A DNA stretch of 33,999 nucleotides from a virus (lineage: Duplodnaviria; Caudoviricetes), in IMG/VR virus record IMGVR_UViG_3300032274_000031, positions 1 to 33,999 of that record. One strand, 5' to 3'. The translations under genes and the position numbers were made by a program. The notes under the pieces are model-generated. The model saw only the letters and a program-made list of their open reading frames with translations. It made no database searches and was not told the origin of the DNA. Positions 17,221 to 23,797 of this stretch are shown in pieces (the stretch's first letter is position 1; each line of letters starts with the position of its first letter).

Positions 17221-17392
17221 TGCACTGGTATTGAAACTACCGTCACAAACCGGAAACGCCCCGAAGCGCGCATTTCTTATTAGCTCCGGGGGCGTTTGAG
17301 GGTCAAAGCTTTGGCTTTGGCTGGATGTCCAGGGGAATTTCCCTAAAGCTCATTACGACCCGTGTTTGTGCGGGGTTTCATCCCCGGAGTGC
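17221..17392 (+). ncRNA. C4-like (c4-2-type) structured RNA, copy 1
   Basis: Closing helices TGAAAC/GTTTCA and CACAAAC/GTTTGTG; hairpin AAACGCCCC/GGGGCGTTT; junction hairpin-GGATGTCC-AGGG hairpin-CCTAAAGC. Family name is from recall. Confidence 0.55.
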
Positions 17393-17497
17393 TAATGGTG
17401 GCATTTCGGCCCTTGAAGCCCGGCGGCGCGCCTATGTTACACATACGATGGTACATCAATCATAAGGAACTGTATTGCATCATTGTTCGCGTTGGGG

Positions 17498-17527
17498 TTG
17501 ACAGCCCGCCCGATATATATTTACCCT
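17498..17527 (+). promoter_or_regulatory. Sigma70-like promoter P2
   Basis: TTGACA-N18-TACCCT; same geometry as P1 relative to the downstream ACTGGTATT (offset 308 bp). Confidence 0.65.
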
Positions 17528-17529
17528 TC

Positions 17530-17750
17530 CAACTGGTATTTGATCGTGCCAATAGTGAAGCACTTATAACAAACGGGGCGCACCCCCGGAGAAACACCTT
17601 GTCCTCGAACCGGGGGCGCGTGGGGATTGGCATCATTCGCCAATCGGATGTCCAGGGCTATTCGTTCGTACCGTTGGTTCGCGAAGGCCTAAAGCCCGCA
17701 CGGTGTCGCAAGTGCTTCACACCTAAAGACACGATCAACCCCCGGCGCAT
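17530..17750 (+). ncRNA. C4-like (c4-2-type) structured RNA, copy 2
   Basis: GATCGTG/CACGATC and GTGAAGCACTT/AAGTGCTTCAC helices; CCCCCGG/CCGGGGG; GATTGGC/GCCAATC; shares GGATGTCCAGGG and CCTAAAGC with copy 1. Confidence 0.55.
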
Positions 17751-17962
17751 TTCTTCGCGTCTGGATATCCTGCCCGCGGTGGTTATACGGCGCGGCGTAT
17801 ATACGGGTGATAAAGGCAAGGTGAACGCGATGTCAAAGTGTATTAACGGGTGTGAATATGCCCGTATGTCGGGTTTCAAAATAAATAATGCTGGCCAGAG
17901 TGAACGTAAATCGCGTCATGGCGGTTTGTCTGTATGTGGTGGTTCGCGTTGGGGTGGCGTCC

Positions 17963-18724
17963 ATGGGTAATCGCCTCAACCTTTTGTTTGTTCAATATTG
18001 TGCAAAAGATCGATTGGCGGAAGAAATCGGGCTGACACCGGAAGCCCGTGGACTCTATGCGCTGACAACAGACTACTTGTTGGCACGCGGAAACCAATTG
18101 CGGCTGGATGCCCTCAAGCGTATGTCGGGTTTTAAGACGCGTGCCGGATTCACCAAAGCTTGGGAGGAATTGCAGGCGGCGCGCGGGGATTTGGGCGGGC
18201 CGTTGGTGATGCTGGAACGGGACGAGGCGGGCGACCTGGTGCAAGTCGAGTGGGTTTCAAAGGCCTTGGAAAAAGCCGGGGCACTGCATCAAAGCCATAG
18301 CGAACGCGGCAAGGCGGGGGCGGCGGCAAAACGCGATAAGCAGCCACCAGCCGGAGATAATGTCGCGACCGCGCCGACCTTTGAAACTTTTTGGGAGATC
18401 GGCCTGTGGCGGGCAAACAAGGACTTGGCGGCCGGAGTATGGAACACCGTGATATCTAGTGATGCGAAGGAGGCGGCGGCGGCAATCAGCGGTTTAAAAC
18501 AGTATTTGGCGGTGGCTCCGACAACACAGGAAAAGCGCCGCCTTGACCGCCCGGACTTTTTTTTAAGGCAACGGATCTATCAATTAGGCCCAGCGGAAAT
18601 GATTGAGCGATGGGCGACACCGGAACGGATGGCGGAAGAATTCTGCCGGGATTATTTAACGCGGATGACGAGAACGGCACCCGCCAAACCGAAAAGGAAA
18701 AAGCGACATGGCACGAGTAACTAA
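17963..18724 (+). CDS. DUF1376/YdaU-like protein, putative lytic replication initiator
   Basis: N-terminal QY.AKD.LAE..GLTPEARGLY..........SERGKAGAAAKR pattern plus a FETFW C-terminal domain. Start at ATG 17963 after GGGGTGG. Confidence 0.65.
   Translation: MGNRLNLLFVQYCAKDRLAEEIGLTPEARGLYALTTDYLLARGNQLRLDALKRMSGFKTRAGFTKAWEELQAARGDLGGPLVMLERDEAGDLVQVEWVSKALEKAGALHQSHSERGKAGAAAKRDKQPPAGDNVATAPTFETFWEIGLWRANKDLAAGVWNTVISSDAKEAAAAISGLKQYLAVAPTTQEKRRLDRPDFFLRQRIYQLGPAEMIERWATPERMAEEFCRDYLTRMTRTAPAKPKRKKRHGTSN
18444..18465. repeat. Degenerate 22-bp palindromic element
   Basis: ACACCGTGATATCTAGTGATGC, about 16/22 match to the consensus. Confidence 0.45.
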
Positions 18725-19112
18725 TGAATTGGACGCGCATATTGGCAAAGTCCTACGTGGGGCACGGATGGCGGCGGACCTGACACAAGGCGGCCTGGCG
18801 ACACGGCTTGATATCAGCTTTCAGCAAGTTCAAAAATATGAGAACGGCACCAATCGGGTTTCCGCGGCGCGGCTCTATCATATATGCCAAATCCTGGATA
18901 TGCCTATGGCCCGGTTTTATGAAGGATATGGAGAACTGCCGACAGCAGAGCCGCTCTACTCGAGAAACGTCTATTCAGCGGCGCGGGCCTTGGGTGATAT
19001 CCCGGAAGGGCCGCCAAAAGATAAGCTGTTGGGACTGATTCGGGTCATGGCGGGTCATTCAGCGGACATCATCGACAACGAGACAACGGAATTAAAAGTT
19101 GTCGGTGCTTAA
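18708..19112 (+). CDS. Xre/Cro-CI family HTH transcriptional regulator
   Basis: LTQGGLATRLDISFQQVQKYENGTNRVSAARL is a typical alphaproteobacterial Xre HTH. Confidence 0.9.
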   Translation: MARVTNELDAHIGKVLRGARMAADLTQGGLATRLDISFQQVQKYENGTNRVSAARLYHICQILDMPMARFYEGYGELPTAEPLYSRNVYSAARALGDIPEGPPKDKLLGLIRVMAGHSADIIDNETTELKVVGA

Positions 19113-19551
19113 AAAGGAGCCAAAAGACCGGTTGTTTTTACCTCTCAATGAGGATCCGTTTAACTGGTTTATAGACGGGGCGAAGCTCTTTGAACTTAGA
19201 AAAAACCATCGGCAATGGACGGAAAAACACATATACCGCGGCCGCCGTGTGGAAATACGGTTGGGGTATTCCGGACCGCGGGCCTATTCCGCCTGGGGCA
19301 CGATTGGCGATGTGCGCCTGGCTGATTGCATCAGTGAGCTGTTCCGTTGGAAAATCAGTTGGCGCGATGTGCTGCCCTATTGCTCAAGTGAGGCGGAAGC
19401 AACCGATATGGCCGTAAATATGCTGGATTTACCCGGCTGGTATGTGGACGAACCGTTGATCTGTTTTCAGATAATCCTTGACGAAAATTACATAGGGATG
19501 TCAGAAAGCAATCTAAAAGATATCTTAAAGAAATCAGAACGCGAAGGCTGA
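19099..19551 (+). CDS. ASCH/PUA-like domain protein
   Basis: LPLNEDPFNWFIDGAKLFELRK resembles the ASCH GxKxxExR motif; RLGYS. Start codon uncertain. Confidence 0.6.
   Translation: MSVLKKEPKDRLFLPLNEDPFNWFIDGAKLFELRKNHRQWTEKHIYRGRRVEIRLGYSGPRAYSAWGTIGDVRLADCISELFRWKISWRDVLPYCSSEAEATDMAVNMLDLPGWYVDEPLICFQIILDENYIGMSESNLKDILKKSEREG
19497..19535. repeat. GATATC-like array with 11-bp period (3' end of ASCH gene)
   Basis: GATGTC(19497), GCAATC(19508), GATATC(19519), GAAATC(19530), with A-rich spacers. Confidence 0.7.
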
Positions 19552-19553
19552 CG

Positions 19554-19760
19554 ATGGCAGATAATCAACATGATATATTTTTGGGACCGGCGGCGGATCC
19601 TAAGCTGGTCGGGGCAATTACAGAACTGAAGCGGGAATTATCGATGCGTAAGCACGTCTACCCGCGCTCGATAGAGCGGGGCAAGTTGACCAGGGAGCAA
19701 GCGGCGCAACGGATCATCCGGGTTGAACATGCCATAGAATTTTTGGAGAAATTGGCATGA
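19554..19760 (+). CDS. Hypothetical phage protein
   Basis: 68 aa, tightly coupled to its neighbours; ELKRELSMRKHVYPR...GKLT pattern. Confidence 0.75.
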   Translation: MADNQHDIFLGPAADPKLVGAITELKRELSMRKHVYPRSIERGKLTREQAAQRIIRVEHAIEFLEKLA

Positions 19761-20020
19761 AAGCGGCGCGCAAACCTTCGGACGTGGCAGGCGTAGCCGG
19801 GGATCGGTTGCGGAACTTTGTGGAACGGATCGAGCGGCTAAACGAAGAAAAGGAGGCTATTGCGGCGGATACTAAAGAGGTCTACGCGGAAGCGCAGGGC
19901 GTAGGTTTTGATATCAAGATCATGCGGGAAATTATCAAGTTGCGTAAAATGGAAGATGATGACCGGGCGGAAATGGAAGAAGTGTTAGGCGTTTACAAGC
20001 GCGCGCTGGGGATGGCGTGA
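19757..20020 (+). CDS. gapR: GapR/DUF2312 nucleoid-associated DNA-binding protein
   Basis: AGDRLRNFVERIERLNEEKEAIAADTKEVYAEAQGVGFDIKIMREIIKLRK...YKRALGM is the DUF2312 signature. Confidence 0.95.
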   Translation: MKAARKPSDVAGVAGDRLRNFVERIERLNEEKEAIAADTKEVYAEAQGVGFDIKIMREIIKLRKMEDDDRAEMEEVLGVYKRALGMA

Positions 20021-20021
20021 T

Positions 20022-20204
20022 ATGACTACAGCATCGCCAGATATGGCGGTGGGTGATTCCGCGCCCGGTTTGCGGCTCAAGCTGGAACGGCTGGGTGACC
20101 AGGCATTGAACGCCCCGGACCCGCTGGAAGCGGACGCGCTCATAAGCCAGATGCAGGAAATTTCAGAACGGTTGCACATGTTGGAATTTAGGAAAGAGGG
20201 ATGA
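20022..20204 (+). CDS. Small hypothetical protein whose N-terminus is encoded by the palindromic element
   Basis: 60 aa ORF starting 1 nt after the gapR stop. Confidence 0.5.
   Translation: MTTASPDMAVGDSAPGLRLKLERLGDQALNAPDPLEADALISQMQEISERLHMLEFRKEG
20031..20059. repeat. 22-bp palindromic element with adjacent GANTC
   Basis: GCATCGCCAGATATGGCGGTGG-GT-GATTC. Confidence 0.8.
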
Positions 20205-20256
20205 TCTAAGATATGTCCCCTTTTCATAGTCAAAACCCCGAAGAAGGAAAATCATA

Positions 20257-21012
20257 ATGCTGAGATGCACAATTGAGATGGTCCCTTATGGCGACGAAAC
20301 GAAAGCGCACACACTCGGCATGGTCGAGATAGCCAACACTGGCGGCGATCTGACCCACGGCACATACAAAACCGTGTTGAAGAAAACACCACCATTCAAA
20401 GGCGCTTTAAAAGCTGCATGGAAAAAAGGTGATTTGTTTGTTGGTCATGACGATCAGGAAATTATCGTCGGCGGCGTTGAGGGGTTCCACCGCCAGAACC
20501 GGGGCGTTTATGATCTGTTGTTTTTGGCCCTCAAGGCTTGTGGACTGGACCGTCGCAATGACAAAGCCACCATTTCAGAGCCAGAAGAAAAGCCACTAAC
20601 CCCGCACGTTACAATGCTTGTCTTGCTTGGTGTTTCCATCGAATTGACCGAGGAAGAAATTTCGACATGGACAATGGAGCAAATGGAACTGGCGGTTGAT
20701 TGGGCGTCTGCCTGCATCGCGGTAGCCAGCGACAATGAAGGCGTAACCATCCCACCAAAGCCGGATTTCCTGCCAGAAGAATCACCCATGTACCACCTAA
20801 TGGGCAAGGATCAACAGCCCTCCATTAAAGCCACGGTTAATCAATCCGACTGCCAAGCTTGTGACGGCTTCGGGATTGTTGATGTTGATGAACATGGCGA
20901 AGAACAACCGGCTCAGGCCGTTTGCCCTAAGTGTGGAGGCAGCGATTTAACCCCTTCCGAACGGGCGCTATGCACGGCCTCCCTTTCTAATACGGAGAAT
21001 TCAGATGCATGA
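20257..21012 (+). CDS. Hypothetical multi-domain phage protein with C-terminal CxxCxGxG...CxxCGG zinc finger
   Basis: 251 aa; AAGGAA RBS; CQACDGFG and CPKCGG motifs. Confidence 0.7.
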   Translation: MLRCTIEMVPYGDETKAHTLGMVEIANTGGDLTHGTYKTVLKKTPPFKGALKAAWKKGDLFVGHDDQEIIVGGVEGFHRQNRGVYDLLFLALKACGLDRRNDKATISEPEEKPLTPHVTMLVLLGVSIELTEEEISTWTMEQMELAVDWASACIAVASDNEGVTIPPKPDFLPEESPMYHLMGKDQQPSIKATVNQSDCQACDGFGIVDVDEHGEEQPAQAVCPKCGGSDLTPSERALCTASLSNTENSDA

Positions 21013-21241
21013 GGAAAAATGCTCGACATGTCGTTGTTGGGAACGGGCAGAAGACGAGCCTTCACTCGGTCGATGCCTATATGAGCCGCCGCCAATCATG
21101 CAAGTACTGGCGGATGCTTTGACCGCCGACCCATCGACAATGATCGATTATGGCTCTGTGTTTAGCGAAGCAATAGTCACGTCAATTTATGACGGTTGTG
21201 ACGCACACCAGCCAAAACCAGCAGAACCCGGGGCTTTCTGA
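21005..21241 (+). CDS. Small Cys-rich hypothetical protein
   Basis: CSTCRCW...GRC..EPP...GCDAH; GGAGA RBS. Confidence 0.7.
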   Translation: MHEEKCSTCRCWERAEDEPSLGRCLYEPPPIMQVLADALTADPSTMIDYGSVFSEAIVTSIYDGCDAHQPKPAEPGAF

Positions 21242-21356
21242 GTTATGCAACACATTAAAGCTACAAATCCGGGTAAACGCGAAAAACGGCAGAACTCCGC
21301 CACTCGCAAAACTCGGTATGTAAACCCCCTCGCCAACAGGGATAGGTACTTACACG

Positions 21357-21599
21357 CTATCCGATTTGCTCTGGTTGAGGAAAATCAGCATCAGCAATGC
21401 CAGATATTTGCAATCGACACCCGCGTGTTTCGCACTGAGTACAACGCAATTGCTCTGACAGCTTTGCCAGTGTTAGGCGTGGCGACTTCTTCACTATCGC
21501 AGCCAGATCGAGGCGGTGCACGCGGTCGCATTTTAAACACACCGCGCTTACGCCGTGGTTCCAATCTATCGCCTGTTGGACGGTCTCTAAGGTCTCCAT
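21357..21599 (-). CDS. Small Zn-finger protein (CxxC...CxxC), moron-like
   Basis: 80 aa from ATG 21599: VSAVCLKCDRVHRLDL...LRCTQCETR. Only minus-strand gene in this region. Confidence 0.7.
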   Translation of the reverse strand: METLETVQQAIDWNHGVSAVCLKCDRVHRLDLAAIVKKSPRLTLAKLSEQLRCTQCETRGCRLQISGIADADFPQPEQIG

Positions 21600-21669
21600 C
21601 CGGCGATCATACACAACACGCCCTGACGGGCAATTATTGAGCCGTTCTGCGGCGATGAAAGGAATTAAG

Positions 21670-21966
21670 ATGAAATTCGTATGGGAACCAGAAGATATAA
21701 AAACAGGCCGGTATTTCGTCCGAGGCAATGAGGATAATTATTCATTCTCCTGTCTTCACAAGATCGGGTACATCCATAACGCCGCTTTTAAACCGAAGTA
21801 CAAAAAAGTCGGATTAGCGATGACAGATGGCGCTGCATATCCATATGGCGAAAACGATGCCGAGTTCGCCCAGGCTCTAAATGATGGTGGCTATGTGCCT
21901 ATCACACCAACACAGGCAGCGGAGTTGATCATCCGGGTAGATGCTTCACGCAGTGGCAAAAGTTAG
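21670..21966 (+). CDS. Hypothetical phage protein
   Basis: AAGGAA RBS before MKFVWEPEDIKTGR. Confidence 0.7.
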   Translation: MKFVWEPEDIKTGRYFVRGNEDNYSFSCLHKIGYIHNAAFKPKYKKVGLAMTDGAAYPYGENDAEFAQALNDGGYVPITPTQAAELIIRVDASRSGKS

Positions 21967-21989
21967 GCCAATCGGGCCAGAGAAAGGAA

Positions 21990-22136
21990 TTTGGTGTAGC
22001 AGGATGATTGAATCCACAGGAACCCGCAAAGGCTCCCTGACGGCCTCCCGAAGGTTGAAAACCCGTGAGGGTTCCAAGAGGGATCAAGGCGCAGTCATAG
22101 ACCCCTGGCGGCAGGTTGCGATGGCCTGCACCAAAC
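21990..22136 (+). ncRNA. tRNA-like structured element (not a canonical tRNA)
   Basis: Acceptor-like TTTGGTG/CACCAAA (7 bp), TAGC after the stem, GGAT/ATCC hairpin, T-arm-like CAGGT-TGCGATG-GCCTG, and a long central part with GGAACCC/GGGTTCC. Confidence 0.4.
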
Positions 22137-22161
22137 CAGCAACAACATAGGTGATTTGCAA

Positions 22162-22299
22162 ATGGACCGTGCAGAAAAATTACGAATTGCAGACGCCTTG
22201 ATTGAGGCAGGCAAAAAGCTTCGGCGTGAAGTGGATAACGAAATAATGGTAGAGGCGATAATTCGATTATCGGAAACAGCGCCCCGCCATTGGATTTAA
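22162..22299 (+). CDS. Micro-protein (45 aa), not in the ORF track
   Basis: AGGTGA RBS; MDRAEKLRIADALIEAGKKLRREVDNEIMVEAIIRLSETAPRHWI. Confidence 0.6.
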   Translation: MDRAEKLRIADALIEAGKKLRREVDNEIMVEAIIRLSETAPRHWI

Positions 22300-22304
22300 T
22301 GAGT

Positions 22305-22418
22305 AATTTAGGTGCGCTATTTCCTCTGCGGTTCGCACCCGTTGTAGCAAGTTGGAAATAGACTCGGTGGGCAGTATTGGGAGTAAGGCGCTCTGGAGCC
22401 GCGACCGAGGCACAAATT
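22305..22418 (+). ncRNA. Putative three-way-junction structured RNA
   Basis: AATTT..GTGC/GCAC-AAATT closing stem with arms CTATTTCC/GGAAATAG and CTCGGT/ACCGAG. Confidence 0.4.
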
Positions 22419-22486
22419 TAAACGAGCGTTAATGGCTTCGTCGCTGCGCCATAAAGTCAGCGGCTTTTCAAAGGAGTTAGAACCCA

Positions 22487-22633
22487 ATGAGCAACAATAC
22501 CCAAGACATCGAAAAGATTATTGAGAAGGCAAGCAAGGAGGACGACCCGTTACGTGCAATGCAGTTTACACAAGCTGCACTCAACGCGGCGAATGCCGTC
22601 CGTGTCCTGGCGGATATGCCTGACAAAAAGTAA
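22487..22633 (+). CDS. Micro-protein (48 aa), not in the ORF track
   Basis: AAGGAG RBS; MSNNTQDIEKIIEKASKEDDPLRAMQFTQAALNAANAVRVLADMPDKK. Confidence 0.7.
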   Translation: MSNNTQDIEKIIEKASKEDDPLRAMQFTQAALNAANAVRVLADMPDKK

Positions 22634-22667
22634 TGAAGATGGGAGCCGCCGTGGCCAGTATGTTTAT

Positions 22668-22746
22668 GGCGCTTCCTTGAGTTCGTGCATCCCCTGTGGC
22701 CGGGGGGATGATGCCTAACCGAAAGGCGGTATCACTTGGAAGCGCC
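22668..22746 (+). ncRNA. Putative branched structured RNA upstream of the nuclease gene
   Basis: GGCGCTTCC/GGAAGCGCC closing stem with inner CATCCCC/GGGGATG and a CC-GAAA-GG tetraloop. Confidence 0.35.
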
Positions 22747-22768
22747 GCCAAATAGCAAAAGAGAAAAC

Positions 22769-23134
22769 ATGGATCAAATACCCTTAGTTATTGCCGATGT
22801 TGTTTCTGTCTATGACGGTGACACAATAAAAGTGATCGCGCGCCCATGGCCTGGTGTTTCTGTGGAAACATCGGTGCGGGTGGATGGGATCGACACGCCG
22901 GAAATCCGCGGCAAGTGTGAAGCGGAAAAGGCGCTGGCGATTGAGGCCAGGGACGCGGCGCGCGCCTTCGTTGGCCAATCGGTTGCCCTGAAAAATATTC
23001 ACCTGGGCAAATACGCGGGGCGCGTGGTAGCAAAAGTTTTCGTGGGAAATAAGGAGCTTGGGGAATTTCTGATTAGGTCCGGCTTGGCGCGTCGTTATGA
23101 CGGTGGTCAACGGGCTGGGTGGTGTGACGGTTAA
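22769..23134 (+). CDS. Thermonuclease (SNase family)
   Basis: VYDGDTI, VRVDGIDTPE, GKYAGRVVA, LIRSGLARRYDGG. Confidence 0.92.
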   Translation: MDQIPLVIADVVSVYDGDTIKVIARPWPGVSVETSVRVDGIDTPEIRGKCEAEKALAIEARDAARAFVGQSVALKNIHLGKYAGRVVAKVFVGNKELGEFLIRSGLARRYDGGQRAGWCDG

Positions 23135-23156
23135 AGACCTGGCGCACTGCTCTTAG

Positions 23157-23201
23157 ATCCCGCGCGGTGGTTCCTCCCCCACTGCGCGGGATGTCTTTTT
23201 T
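23157..23201 (+). terminator. Rho-independent terminator
   Basis: ATCCCGCGCGGTGG/CCACTGCGCGGGAT stem followed by GTCTTTTTT. Confidence 0.8.
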
Positions 23202-23211
23202 AGGTCAAAAT

Positions 23212-23298
23212 GATTTCATCAAGATTTCATTAATATCTATCAGAGACATAAAAAAGATATCTAAAAGATTGCAAACCGTAATCAGATCGCGTTATGCT
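23212..23298 (+). promoter_or_regulatory. GATATC-like array with 11-bp period overlapping a putative promoter
   Basis: GATTTC(23212), GATTTC(23223), GACATA(23245), GATATC(23256), GATTGC(23267), all in one register; TTGCAA(23269)-N18-TATGCT(23293). Confidence 0.65.
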
Positions 23299-23321
23299 CC
23301 CCCCGAATGAGAGTGAAAGCC

Positions 23322-23468
23322 ATGGACAGCCACGACATTTACAGCCAGCAATCAGAAGACAATCCCTACCAGGCGGTTAAAACCTTTTTCCTGGGTGTCA
23401 TTGTCGTGGCGGCGATGGTCTTACTCTATTTGCTGGCGTTGTCGTGGACGGCAAACGGATGGAACTAA
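23322..23468 (+). CDS. Small single-TM membrane protein (48 aa), not in the ORF track
   Basis: MDSHDIYSQQSEDNPYQAVKTFFLGVIVVAAMVLLYLLALSWTANGWN; stop overlaps the next gene. Confidence 0.55.
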   Translation: MDSHDIYSQQSEDNPYQAVKTFFLGVIVVAAMVLLYLLALSWTANGWN

Positions 23469-23773
23469 AAGTTAGCCAGGTTAAAGATATGACAGACCGG
23501 GAGCGCACCCGGTTTTTTTGCGCGTGTGAAATACTCATTGAAACATCGGCGCTGTTATGGCCAGGCGGGCAAGGGGAGCCGGAAAGTCTCAAGGCGTTAC
23601 GCACCCTCTCAAACGAAACCAAAACCTTTGGCCCTGGTGTATCTGCGGATGATATGCGCCAGGCGGTGAACCGGTTTTATCAGGATGTGGAAACGCGCCT
23701 GGCCAAGGCAAACCAGACAACCCACGATTTATTCAGGAAATATCCGGGCATTAGTGCACCGGCGGCGGTTTAG
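23459..23773 (+). CDS. Hypothetical protein
   Basis: ORF from MELKVSQ, co-oriented and coupled to its neighbours. Confidence 0.6.
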   Translation: MELKVSQVKDMTDRERTRFFCACEILIETSALLWPGGQGEPESLKALRTLSNETKTFGPGVSADDMRQAVNRFYQDVETRLAKANQTTHDLFRKYPGISAPAAV

Positions 23774-23797
23774 CGCCGTCTAGAAAGGGAAAGTATC

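Noticed and set aside
17300-17700. Hammerhead ribozyme in the GGATGTCC...AAAG junctions
   Set aside because: The catalytic CUGANGA/GAAA core is absent on either strand.
17362-17970. 202-aa ORF as a real protein
   Set aside because: It runs through a promoter and a structured RNA, with no RBS or motif. Only the last ~46 codons (from ATG near 17829) might be a leader peptide.
21245-21640. 131-aa plus-strand ORF
   Set aside because: It overlaps the more convincing minus-strand Zn-finger gene and has no recognisable features.
12885-23134. Restriction-modification pair of the MTase and the thermonuclease
   Set aside because: The genes are about 9 kb apart in different operons, and SNase-family enzymes are non-specific.
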